The notes under the pieces: model-generated
The model's database searches: none
What the model was told of the DNA's origin: nothing
The model's input: only the letters and a program-made list of their open reading frames with translations
Translations under genes and position numbers: made by a program
From: Eledone cirrhosa
Lineage: Eukaryota
Direction of reading: 5' to 3'
Length of the DNA: 64,000 nucleotides
Assembly (NCBI GenBank): GCA_964016885.1
Contig: OZ024742.1
Location: forward strand, 238,638,001 to 238,702,000
Shown: positions 33,230-45,169 of the stretch, one piece after another
Layout of the letters: the number at the start of each line of letters is the position of its first letter
Numbering within the stretch: the first letter of the stretch is position 1

Positions 33230-33350
33230 GGGAAGACATGGCCTAATCTTTAGCGTGTTTCACTCACAATCATAAGGGCTTGGATTTGATTCCTGGATCA
33301 AGCAGTGCTTTGTGTTCTTGAGAAAGACATTTCATTTCGTGTTGCTTTTC
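33230..33350 (+). mobile_element. Degenerate tRNA-SINE head
   Basis: catggcctaatc...gatttgattcctgga...gttcttgagaaagacatttcatttc resembles 25991-26110. Confidence 0.55.
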
Positions 33351-33374
33351 ATTATAGAATTGGTGCACCTGTCA

Positions 33375-33565
33375 TTAACCTTTCATTACCATATTTCATG
33401 ATAATGATGATCATTTCTAATGACATGCATTTCAATTAATTTGAAAAATAACCAAGAATTTTGCAGAATTTATTAAGGTTTTTAGATAAATATAGACAAT
33501 TTAAAATGAGGAATTTTGTATCATAGAATCATGGGTGGTTTCAGGTAGTTTAGTATTAAGAGTTA
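33375..33565. mobile_element. TTAA-bounded MITE-like repeat (related relics near 34541, 47720-47955, 63700)
   Basis: Begins ttaacctttcattaccatattt and ends gtattaagagttaa; the same start motif recurs elsewhere in the window. Confidence 0.4.
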
Positions 33566-34140
33566 AAACACCCAAGGAATCTTGTATAAGATACATCCAC
33601 CTAGGAGGTTTGTTAAGCCTGCATAGGTGTGCTATAAATTTCATTTCATATTGTTTATTCTTCATTTCAAATGCTATTCATATGAATCAATTCTCCAGTT
33701 TACTGATCCCCTTTGAAATAAATCTGAAAATAGATATTCTTTATAACTGATTGAACTGTTTTTACTAACGTTTACATTTGTAGATAAAAAAGAAGTACCA
33801 ATGCAATACCGGGAGTTGATTCTTCTTCTATATCTCTTTCTCACTTCCTCTCTTTCACTTTCTAACCTTCTTTGGAAGAAATCTGCTGTGTTCAGATTTG
33901 GAGAGGGATGGGCTCTGCAAGCCTTAAAATGCCTATGAAATCCTATATACCACTACGGTGTCCCCTACAACTCCATCAGGAGTTACAGGGCCATACTATA
34001 CACTCAGTCAATGTTGCTCAGTATCTCTTAATTGCAGGCTTAGTGTTTAAAATATTGAATATTGAAGTATCAACTTTCTGACTGATATGAAAGCCAGTTT
34101 CTACTTTTGTGATTTGTAATGACATTTTGTTTTGTCACAG

Positions 34141-34243
34141 GAAGAACAATAACAGTAACAACAATACTCAGGGCCAACAGACAACTGTCACAGACTATTT
34201 CCCTGTTAGAAGAAGTAACAGACAGACTAAGAAATGTTTGGAG
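34141..34243 (+). CDS. KMT5A: SETD8/KMT5A exon containing the PIP degron
   Basis: cag acceptor and gtgagt donor; encodes QQTTVTDYFPVRRSNR, matching the SET8 TDFYPVRRS-type PIP degron. Confidence 0.92.
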
Positions 34244-35059
34244 GTGAGTATATGTAACCCTTCCATTACCTTAAGTCAAAAATGGATTGTATGAGCAAGA
34301 TGTGGTCACCTGATCTGTCTACTAACCTCACAATGTGACAGGGTGATAACCCATGCAAGCATGGAAACTAGATGTTACAGTAATGATGACAATGATGTCT
34401 GTGATTTTCAAATTATTCAAGAATTTGGTGGGATTTTGTAATATTTGTAATATTTGTAATCTTTGAAATCATTAGGTTTGTGTTTGGTGTGTAACTTAAC
34501 TTAAAACTATGAAGGAAGGTTTTTAGATAAATATAATCAATTTAACCCTTTTGTTGCCATATTTCTAATATCAAAAAGAATTTAGAAATTTAGTGATATA
34601 ACTTAGTTGGTGTTTGAACATTAATATAAACACTTTAATCCTTTCATTGCCATATTTCTAATGAAAGACTTCCTATGATTTTCATATATTATTGAAATTT
34701 CAAGAATTTTGAGGCATTTAGCAATGTATTTATAACTAACTTTATTGTTATTAAATTGGTATTTAAAACATAGCTTCACACACAGGTTCATAAATTTTTT
34801 TTTTTTTTAATTATGGAAAGTTTTGAGATAAATATAAATAATTTCTGCTTGAATACTGACTTAGGAGCAGGGAAGGTGAATGTTAAATCATAATGATGGT
34901 GATTAAAGCTTTGTTTTACTGAATCTCTGCAAATTTTTAAAGATTTTGTTATGATTACATAAGCATTTATAATTTTGTTATTAATAGGTGCATTTCATAT
35001 TAATAAATTGGAAGTTTTCTGATCATTATTTTACAAATGTATTTATGAAAAAAAATTAT

Positions 35060-35129
35060 ATTAGTGGTCCGTGGGATTTAAAATTATGAATTTAGTGGTC
35101 CATGAGGTCTGAAAGGTTGGTGACCGCTG
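35060..35129. mobile_element. hAT-type MITE terminal fragment
   Basis: gtggtccgtggg...gtggtccatgaggtctgaaaggttggtgaccgctg resembles hAT MITE ends; partner end not found. Confidence 0.4.
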
Positions 35130-35576
35130 CTTTACAGTATTTGTGTTTTGAGTTCAAATCCTACCAAAGTTAACTGGTTTTCATTCTTTTCGTTTTTCTG
35201 GGATTTTTAAGTGGCATGTTTCCAAAGGTGTTGATTACAATTATATTGATAAAGATTTTTTAAATTTAATATTATTTTTTAATACTTTGTATATTTCTGT
35301 TCATTATTGCTTTAAATTTTTAATTTCATCGTTATCTGTACCTTCAAAAACATAACTCTACAGAATTTCTTGAAAAATATCTACATTACTAAGAAAATTA
35401 TGATGAAACAAAGAGAGGAGTTATAAAACTGTAGTTATGTCCAATCAACTTTACCTTTCTCTTAAATTTATGGCTGTGTGCCTATGGTTTGTTTTATATA
35501 ACTAATGCTCTTAACACTCAAAACAATTGTAAATGTTTAATAATATTTACCCTTTTAATGTGTATTTATTTTACAG

Positions 35577-35636
35577 AAGAAAAAATATCAAGATATTGAA
35601 AGTGCTATACTCAACAGAAGAGAGGATGGCCTAAAG
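35577..35636 (+). CDS. KMT5A: SETD8/KMT5A 60-nt exon (n-SET helix)
   Basis: ttacag acceptor and gtaaat donor; phase 0/0; encodes KKKYQDIESAILNRREDGLK. Too short for the ORF track. Confidence 0.88.
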
Positions 35637-36116
35637 GTAAATGTTTTATTAGTATTTTGTGTTGACTGTTCTTTAATTTAAATTGTCATTTTTTTTAGAA
35701 TTGGTACACTCTCTCTGCATGCCATAAAAAGCAACTGAATATGATCATTAAAAGTGTATCGGGTATTGAGCTGCAGCCTCTTTTCCCAACTGCTACCATC
35801 GCCATGTATCACATGACTGTACCAGTGCAGTCTTATCTCAGTCTTATCTCACACTACATCTAATTCTTCTTATACCCAATTTTTCTCTCAACTCCTGTTT
35901 TATCATGAATTGTTACATCTTCTGTATTTATAGTGCAAAATACTGTGTGCATTTTATTGTGGCTCCAGCAATAACATTTCACAGTGTACTCTCTGCATTT
36001 TATTATAGCATTAACACTAGAGAGATTGTGAAGTTGTAGACAGAACTAAAGGATCCTGTCTAACGTACATTGTCAGTTTGCTCAACTTTTTTTTTTTCCT
36101 TTTTTTTTTCTTTCAG

Positions 36117-36307
36117 GTGGTTGATTTCAATGGTAAAGGGCGAGGTGTTGTCGCCACCAGATCATTCCAGAAGGGAGAATTTGTTGTAGAATATGCTGGA
36201 GATCTTATAAGTTATCCTGCAGCCAAAGATCGAGAACATATTTATGCCTCAGACCCTGGTTTTGGTTGCTACATGTACTATTTTGTCTATAATAGTAAGA
36301 GTTATTG
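36117..36307 (+). CDS. KMT5A: SETD8/KMT5A SET-domain exon (N-terminal half)
   Basis: VVDFNGKGRGVVATRSFQKGEFVVEYAGDLI...GCYMYYF; tttcag acceptor and gtaagt donor, ending in phase 2. Confidence 0.96.
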
Positions 36308-37512
36308 GTAAGTTTATCAGTATTCTTTGAGTTAGGATTTCTCACCAGTTTTTGGTACAAAATCTATTAGAATTATTTGATTAAACTCCGAAGTTTGTCA
36401 TCGCTAATGGATCAATTCCCTCCAATAGTTCCTACTCAAAAGGTGCCTTTGTTGGTTTGGTCACACTCCACCACCCATGACAGAGACTAACTGCAATGCA
36501 GTCAAGCCAGAGGCCCTCTCGAGATCACAAATCAGCAAGGTAAACAGTTGAGTACATGGATTAACACAATCAATTACAGATCTGAGCTAATGCTTGGTGT
36601 CTGCCATTGGAATTGTGACCAAGAGCAGTATGCTTGAGCCTGGCAGTGGTGTAAGCTCCTACTGGCCTACAAAATGGCTCAAATAGGTTTGTTTATGACC
36701 TCTGCTGGCCAAACTGCCTCCCATGCATCCCCACCGTGGCAATCATTGTGATATGCTGGTTGCTATGCACGTCCATCCAGTATTTTAAGTGTGCCGGCAT
36801 ATGAATCTTCTCTTTAAGTTCTAGCAGTTTATGTATGGGAATTGTCTAGTGTTTTACTGACCTGTCGCTAATCTCAGCATGTGGCCCATCGATTCATCTG
36901 TATTCTTTTGTTTTGTTTTCGGACAGGCATCGTTATGTGATAAGGACAGTTTAGAGTTTTTGGTGATAAAGGCAGGTTAGAGTTTTTGTTTTATGATCTC
37001 TGTTCAGCTTCTACTTAACGCTTCCCTGACAAAAACAACAGTAACAACAATGACAGCAATGTTTACGATATTTAGGACGATGATAGTGATGCTAGAATAT
37101 ATGTAAATACAGTTGTTCACCGGCACATATCTATCTATATACACACACATACACATTTACATGTTCATATGCATACACACATTCACATATACATTCATAG
37201 ATAGGTGTATATTTACATATACTTTCACATATACGTACAGGTACATATAGCTCAACACCAACATTGGTACCAGCATTGGCGATACGAAGCCCCATACTAC
37301 CTTATATTTAAACATTATGCATATACATACACAGATACGTCCATATATAGTTTTGTGCATACAGACAAATATGCCTACATATAAAATAAAATAGGATATA
37401 AGATGAACAGTGATAGGCAAGTATATAAGGGAATGAAATATAGGAAATATAAGAACTATAAAAAATATGAAAAATATATTAAAAAATTTTTAAAATATAT
37501 ATAAATATATAA

Positions 37513-38679
37513 CTGGGAAATGGCCATGCTCAGTGTGTAGGAAAGGAGTAGGTAGAAACTCCATTTTATGTCCCAAATGCAAAGTATGGGTGCATAAAAG
37601 ATGTAGTGGGATCACAGGTAAGCTAACTAAGAACATAGATTTTATATGTGGCCGGTGCTCTGGTGCAATAAGTAGCAGCAAGTGCCCACAGAATACTAGC
37701 TTTTGCACAGCCATTGCACAGATGATTCTATAGAAATAGTGGACAGCTTCCATTACTTGGGTGACAAAATCAGCAGTGGTGGAGGGTGCTCTGAAAGTAC
37801 AGTAGCTAGAGTCAGAACTGGATGGAAAAAGTTCAGAGAGCTTATACCACTATTAGCCGCTAAAGGGTTCTCTCTAAAAATGAAAGGCAGGCTGTATGAT
37901 GCCTGCATACGAACAGCAATGTTACATGGCAGTGAGACCTGGGCATTGTGTGCAGAGGATATACGCAGACTGGAGAGGAACGAAGCTTGCATGCTCCGCT
38001 GGATGTGTAATAGTAATATACGTGAACAGCAAAGCATAAACGAACTAAGGGAGAAATTAGAAATAAGAGGGATCAGATGTTGTTTACTCGAGAGAAGACT
38101 ATGTTGGTATGGTCACGTGATGCGCATGAAAGACGACAGCTGTATAAAAATAGACGGTAGCCACGGAGTAGGCAGACCCAGAAAAACCTGGGACGACTTG
38201 ATAAACTCCGACATCACATACTTACACCTCTCCAAGACAATGTCACTGGACCGAGACCTTTGGCGCTACACAGTTATACAGAAGACCCGCCTTACCTAAG
38301 TACAAAAGTGAAACCTACTTCAGTCAGTAGGCACCTCTAACAAAATACACCCCCGTCCCACTACACCCACCCCATCCACACCACCCCTTTCAATGTAAAG
38401 TTATGTTGGTACCACAACATCCAGTCCGAAACAAATGAGGTCGTGTAGGTGTCACGACAAAAAAACACACAGTCCACGCTGTAATGTTGCCGTGTAGGTA
38501 ACACGGTAAAAACCTCCCAGTCCATACTGTAAACGTGGTTGGTGTTAGGAAGGGCATCCAGCCGTAGAAAACCCGCCAGACAGTCCTATGCGAGCAAGAC
38601 AACCACTCTTGCCTCAAGTGGGAAAACTCCCGTCCAAACCCATGCAAGCGTGGAAGATGGACGTTAAATGATGATGATA
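37513..38679 (+). mobile_element. 5'-truncated RTE LINE (PHD finger to (ATG)n tail), sense orientation in the intron
   Basis: ORFs 37533-37733 and 37703-38299 match the RTE C-terminus; 3' UTR ends ggacgttaaatgatgatga. Confidence 0.9.
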
Positions 38680-38842
38680 AAATATGGAATATAAAAATAT
38701 AAAAGATATGAGAATGTATAAAGAAATATTAGCTATATGTACAGGCCATTATATTGGCCATAAGTGTAATCAGTGATACTGATAATGATGGTTGCCTGAC
38801 TAATTATAAAAGTAATGATAATTATAACAGCTATAGTAATAA

Positions 38843-39045
38843 TAATTGTTTCTACTTTTGGCACAAGGCCAGCAATACCCAGCAATACCCAGCGCATTAC
38901 TGGTACTTTATTTTATCGACCCTGTAAAGATGAAAGGTAAAGTTGATCTTGGCGGGATTTGGACTCAGACCGTACAGGGCCGTAACTATATGCTGCAAAG
39001 CATGACGTCTGACTGTCTACCGATACTGCCAATCCACTGCCCTCT
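38843..39045 (-). mobile_element. Abundant SINE-like repeat (copies also at about 40160-40275, 47328-47398, 55050-55270, 55917-56085, 62310-63130, 63193-63377)
   Basis: Shared core ttgtttctacttttggcacaaggccagcaat...actggtactttattttatcgacccc...aaggatgaaaggcaaagtt...ggatttgaactcaga, containing a B-box-like motif on the minus strand. Confidence 0.75.
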
Positions 39046-39078
39046 AGTAATAATAATGTATGTTAATGTATTTTATAT

Positions 39079-39650
39079 ATGCTCAGTGTGTAGGTAGAAA
39101 TTCCATCCTCTGCCCCAAATGCAAACTGGGTACACAAGAGATGTTGTGGGATCTCAGGAAGTTTAACTAGGAATGTAGGCTTTATATATAGCAGTTGCAG
39201 TATGACAGTCAGCGCTACCAAACTCTGGGAGGGCTCAGTAGAAACAGTAGACAACTTCTGCTACCTGAGTGACTGAATTAGCAGTGGCAGTGTGTGTTCT
39301 GAAAGTACAGTGGCCAGAGTAAGAATGATATGGAAGAAGTTCAGGGGAGCTACTACCACTGCTAGCTACAAAAGACTTTTCCCTCAAAATGAAAGGCACA
39401 CTGTATGATGCATATATACGAACAGCAATGTTGCATGGTAGTGAGATCTGGGCGCTGTGTGCAGAAGATTTGCATAGATTAGAAAGAAATGAAGCTTGCA
39501 AGCTCCTATGGATGTGTAATAATAATAATATACGTGAACGACAAAGCATAAATGAACAGAGAGAGACTAGGCATCAGAAATCTAATGCTGTGTACAGGAG
39601 AGGAGATTATGATGGTATGGACATGTGATGCATATGAAGGATGACATGAA
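39079..39650 (+). mobile_element. Decayed RTE fragment
   Basis: [36 protein letters not shown] with frameshifts. Confidence 0.85.
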
Positions 39651-39930
39651 AAAAGGGATTGAATTCATTATCACTTACAGCAGTTAAAGATATTCTATAT
39701 TGAAGCATTGAAATATCTTGTCGTTGTTGGTCATCATGATTATCAGTCTTGTTTGGTTGCCATCCACGTTCATTGTGTGGGAAAAATAATACATGCATCA
39801 TTGAATCAAGATTTGGACACAAGCTGTTAAGACTTATAATAGGAGGCTCAGAGTTCCTTGTATATACTTTAAAATCTCTAGGAAATTGTGGTTCGCCTTC
39901 TGCCTTTCTGAATACAATAGCAATTTCCCA
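39650..39930 (-). mobile_element. Helitron Rep N-terminal fragment
   Basis: EIAIVFRKAEGEPQFPRDFKVY...NLDSMMHVLFFPHNERGWQ...SMLQY...EFNPF resembles the DPMxYPLLFPxGExGW region of RepHel proteins. Confidence 0.7.
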
Positions 39931-40110
39931 AGAGGAAGGGGGGTGGCCATTGGCGTCAGCATTGCTGGTGACGTACCTAACCTCTTTATAATATGGTGGG
40001 ACAGGAGACTTAAGGAACACTTAGATGAGAACTCTGTAACCCTGACTATGTACTCCCACTACATAGATGGCATCAACATTGTAGTGAAAACACCTTCGCA
40101 GGAGAATATT
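39925..40110 (+). mobile_element. Penelope-type RT core fragment
   Basis: GVAIGVSIAGDVPNLFIIWWDRRL...MYSHYIDGINIV resembles the PLE motifs G.AMG...A..ANLFM...RYIDD. Confidence 0.65.
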
Positions 40111-40909
40111 GGGTTGGCAGTATTGGTAGATAGTCGGACACCATGGTTCACAGCATAGTTATGACCCTTTACGTTCTGATTTCAAATCTCGCCGAGATAA
40201 GCTTTGCATTTCATCCTCATGGGGTCAATAAAATAAAGTACAAATAACACACTTGGGTTGATTTAATCGATTTCAACCATAGAAATATGTATTGTGTATT
40301 AAAGGAATATTTGGAATCCAGCCTTCTTTTTTTCATTGGAGTATTTAACTCTGTTCCTGCAACAACCATGTGATCTAAAATGGATGATATGCATAACGTT
40401 GAGTGCCTTTGCTTATTGCATCATGATCTGTTAATTGGAATGACTAGATCTACCCATTAGTTAAACCATCCAACATAAATGGAGTGTGTGTATATGTATA
40501 TACACACACACACACACACAATAGCACCTCAGTGTCACAAGCACCATAAACTTCATACCCTGACAACCTTGTACAAATGCACACACATGCAATTTGTTTT
40601 TCTTCATCCTTTGTTTCTTATTTGATAATTCTTTAACACTATACCTTGCTATCTACCGCCCTCCTCTTCTCCGTTTTGTCTTTTTTTCCACTAGTCTCTA
40701 CCTATTTCATTTTCTCACTCATTCTATCTTCTGATAAAGGACTTGCATCTGAAGCATTAAGACTTGTTCCTAACTGTCAAGCATTAAACTAATACACCAT
40801 TATTGCATTGTATTGTTCTGTTATTTTTACCTGATGTTCTTGTATATATATATATATATATATTTATTTATTTATTTATTTATCCATGTATTTTGTTTTC
40901 CTTCTCCAG

Positions 40910-41120
40910 TGTTGATGCCACTGACGAGAGTGGCCGTTTAGGTCGGCTGATTAACCACAGTCGCTCAGGAAACTGCCAGACTAAGTTGATTGGCATTAAG
41001 GGCCGTCCTTATTTAATCTTGGTTGCATCACGGAACATAGACAATGGCGAGGAACTTCTCTACGACTATGGTGACAGGAGCAAGGAATCTTTAGCTGCCC
41101 ATCCTTGGCTACGAGAATGA
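40910..41120 (+). CDS. KMT5A: SETD8/KMT5A terminal exon (SET C-terminus and post-SET)
   Basis: TG+T = Cys junction, then VDATDESGRLGRLINHSRSGNCQTKL...ELLYDYGDRSKESLAAHPWLRE*. Confidence 0.97.
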
Positions 41121-42483
41121 TTGTACTTTCAACCTATTTCCTCTCTCTCTTTCATACAATCTCCTGCCTCAGTTTTAATGATTGTCTGATTAAAAAGTAA
41201 ACTATCATTTTGCAGCTGTATATACCTACTAACCTACCACAAGCCAACTACAACTTGGGGCTCTGTTTTAAGGGCTGACTGTTTTGGGGGGTGGGGAGGG
41301 GGGGGTTTAAAAGTTGTACATTTTACCTTCTAACTTCTAAGAAGTACCATTCATGTATTTCAGGACTAGTCCCCACCACCCCTAATTGATTCTCAAAGAA
41401 AAAAACATCCATGCATAATTCATTCTTCTCCCTTTCCTCCGCTAAACATCAAAACACATACTTGTTGATATGTGATGGACTCACAATCATGAGGTTGGAG
41501 GGTTCAATTGAACAAAACACTTCATTTCATGTTACTTTTCATGATAGGACTGAAACCCCTATCATTAAAACCTGCATAGGTGATAAAACTTAGGGCCTCT
41601 ATCATTAAAACACTCAAGAAACCTCTAGTGAGGAGGCCTGCTAAACCTACATAGGTGTGAGCTGTAAATGTCATTCATATCTACATATTGGTATACATTG
41701 TGTGCTGTGATTCAAATAACAGCTGAAAATTTACTTTGCTACCAGTGCAGTGTGTGTATATACACAAGAAGCATTTTAAAGCAGGGGTTAGCTTTGCAGA
41801 TCTCATCATTGACCACATACTCAACATTAGAGTTCATTCTTCAGGCAATGTTTTACAGCCGGATATCCATCCTGATGCCAACCCTTTTAATTGCCAATTA
41901 GAACACGCATGGATACAGTATCCCTATTCTGAATCAGATACACATAGTTATATATACTTAAATTACTTGTTTATATATATGTGATTTACATATGTTGTTT
42001 GTATATGATTCTTATGTTTGCGTGTGTGTATCATCATCATTTGTGTCCACTTTTCTTGCAGGTATGGATTAGACTGGTCATCAAGGTCTGTCAGTTCATA
42101 TTCAGGGTTACTGCTCTCTCTGACAAATCAGAGTTCTGTGTCTTTTTCATACCTTCCATATTTTGTGGGTTTTTTAGAGATGGATGACATTCCTAACACT
42201 AAATGCAGTGTGTTTTAAGTGCACACACACATACATATTGTTGATAGCACCTGTTTGAACATTCTATGCTTTTATGTGAAAGTGTATCAACATTTGTTTG
42301 TTTACCAATATATATATTGGTAAACTGAATTGTTTCCTCATGCCTAAATTATTTCAAACTCACTGAGTACAGTTGAAACTTTTAGGTATGAGGAAATAGT
42401 GGTTTACTCAACAGAGAACTATTACACTGCACATTTCTAACACCAGTGTTTATTGAACACTTTGTATTTTCTATGAAAACACA

Positions 42484-42489
42484 AATAAA
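42484..42489 (+). promoter_or_regulatory. Candidate SETD8 polyadenylation signal
   Basis: AATAAA about 1.36 kb after the stop codon, preceded by TGTA and immediately before repeat-derived sequence. Confidence 0.3.
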
Positions 42490-42499
42490 TACTTTGAAT

Positions 42500-43030
42500 A
42501 ATCATCATTTGAACATCCTTTTGTCTATGCTTGCATGGGTTGGATGGGACATTTTGAGGTAGGGTTTTTCAGGCGGATACCTTTTCTGATGCCAACTCTA
42601 TAGGTTTTTTACATTCAGGGATATGGTGTACCTGTTCTTAAAATTGAGATACACTCTGATAAAATATATGTATGATACTTGATGTTGCATGGTAGTGAGA
42701 CATGGGCAGTGAATGCAAAGTAAATGCGAAGGCTGGAGAGAAATGAAACAAGCATGCTTTGATGGATTGGTGAATGACAGCATAAACTGAAAGTAAAGCT
42801 TGGTATAAGAGGAATCAGATGTAGTGTGAAGGAGGGAAGGCTGTGTTGGTATGGATATGTTATGTATATAAATGATTGTTGGGTGAAGTGCTAAGAAATT
42901 TCAGTGGAAGGAAAATTCAATAGGAGGAGACTAAGGAAATCCTAGGCAGAAATTGAGAGGTGCTCCCAAATTGCGGAAGCTCACAGAGATAAGCTGTCCA
43001 ACCCATGAAAGCATGGAAAAGCCATTTTTG
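42500..43030. mobile_element. Old RTE relics in both orientations
   Basis: Minus-strand tail at 42500-42600; plus-strand ttgcatggtagtgagacatgggca...ctggagagaaatgaa...ggaatcagatgtagtgtg at 42665-42950. Confidence 0.7.
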
Positions 43031-43349
43031 CGGGGAACGGTCTTATGGATGGGTGCCAACTCTTTTAGTAGCCTCTTACAACATGCAAAGAAACAGTGCT
43101 TATTTTGAACTGGATACACACAATAGATAGGATTGTTGAGTGCAGGAGTTCTCAGTGGAAGAAAGCTGCATTAGAGGAAAACCTGAGCAGAAGTGAAAAC
43201 GAATTTAAAATCGCTGAACCTGATAGAGATGGCAGGAACACAGTAGGTGGGGGGGAAACTGCTGGAAATGTCCTATCCAATTCATGCACAGAAAAGCTGA
43301 CGTAAAAAGATGATAATGATGATGATTATGTGTATGTATCTGTCTAACC

Positions 43350-44181
43350 CAGAGGTTCTCAAACTGTTTGTCTCCCCACGGCCACATAATACCTTCAGCG
43401 CCCCAACTCCTATTTCCAGAGAAACCTGCCTACACGCCAATTGTAAATAATATATAATAAATAGAATCGTTAGTATTTATTATATATAAATTATGTATAA
43501 ATAAATATATATTTTTTATTTTACTATATTTATATATCATATGTATACAATACTATAAATTCATAGCATCCCCCAATCCACCGCCAAAGAAGAGACCTTT
43601 CTACATACGCAAATATATACTTACTCAATCAAATAATGCATATTGGAGAAGTCGATAGTATACCACTAAAACAGCCCATCCAGATAGGTTTTTAGGGAGT
43701 GCGTTCAATGAGAAGGTTGAGTTTGGTGAAGATAGCTTCTCAATCTCAGGCTGAATTGTACTAAGAATAAGTCTGAGATCTCCATAATTCGGAGCTTGCT
43801 TCGTAAGAAGGCGAGTGACCACACTGAATCCTCTCTCTCAACCAAATATGTTGGAAAGACAATGAAGAACAATTTGACTTTCTTCCAAAGCTCTGGCTAG
43901 TGGTCAAGAATATCCTTTAGAAGCCAAAACTTTTGATAGCACTTGCAGAATTTAGGCTTCAATGCAATGTCATTTTGAAGACTTATCAGCTGCTCTTCTA
44001 ATTCTCCACCTATGTCAATGAAGGGGGTTGACAATCTATTCAGGGACTCAAAGAGCAAACATCATGAAATCGTTGCTCCATATCTTCGTTCAGTTCAGCT
44101 GCTTTGGGTGGACAATATTTGGATAAAAAATGTTTTGGATTTCTTTAAAATGCCTGTGGACTAATTTGAAAGACATTTCAT

Positions 44182-44278
<97 letters not shown>

Positions 44279-45169
44279 TGTTGAAAAGTTAAAATCTTAT
44301 TTCTTGGGTTTTGATAATTGAAATTATTAACATCAATTAAAATATTTATGATGACAAAACATAATTAGACAAAATTAGCTGGAATTTTTTTTTTTTTTTT
44401 TTTTCTCAAAGAATTAAGATATACAACTTACCGTCAAAGTGCAATGTTGTTCCTTAGACTTTAAATGTAAGAGAGGGGAAAGAGCTTCTTGTTTGAAGAG
44501 GTTGAAAGTTCATATCACACACACACACACACACACACCAAGAAAGAAATATGCAAAGAGAGAGATAGTGAAATTTTTATAACAGCTGAAAGTTGTACCC
44601 CTTCCCCCACCCATCGGTGTTCACTCTCATATATATATATACACACACACCCATGCTAACATGGAAGATGGACGTTAAATGATGATATATATATAGAGGG
44701 AGAGAGAGAGTGAAATTTAACAGGTTTGCACTCAAAGACAGTTCAATTCCTTGACCACTGATGGGTGTGTGTGGTGTATAATATATATATATTGAGTGGC
44801 AAAAAAAGATAAAAAGACAGAAATATAGGGAGATATCAATCTGTCCATTTCTTTCAGACCTACAAATGCCACAAACATCTGATGGTTGTGGCATTTGTGT
44901 GTGTAGAAAACTTTGATAACTCTATGTAAGTGATATTAAATACTTTTATTAATCTGATGTCTAAACTTGAAAAAGTTCGTATCTGGCCCTGGGTAAAATG
45001 TTAAATGGAAGAAAGAACATGAGACAAGTTTTCACACTTACAGGCGCATGAGCGAAATGATACTTTATAGCCTCTCCGTTCCTCCCAACACCCCTTTTTC
45101 TCTACTGGACCTTCTCAGTGCTCCTACTCTCATCCGGGGAGTGGGTAGTGTCCACTTTGAGAACCTCTG
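43350..45169 (-). mobile_element. Internally deleted hAT (Buster/Charlie-like) DNA transposon
   Basis: TIRs cagaggttctcaaa / tttgagaacctctg; perfect 8-bp TSD gtctaacc at 43342-43349 and 45170-45177; transposase C-terminal remnant at about 43700-44180 (GDLRLILSTIQPEIEKL); contains (CA)n and an RTE tail. Confidence 0.88.
44193..44275. repeat. (CA)n microsatellite
   Basis: About 40 uninterrupted CA units. Confidence 0.95.

Noticed and set aside
36370-36930. Higher-GC intronic segment that might hide an exon or ncRNA
   Set aside because: I found no open frame with compatible splice sites and no recognisable RNA motif; the flanking SET exons join in frame without it.
40727-40765. Hammerhead-like relic tcttCTGATAAaggacttgcatctGAAGcattaaga
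   Set aside because: Uncompensated C3/A8, GAAG instead of GAAA and weak stems; at most a dead relic.
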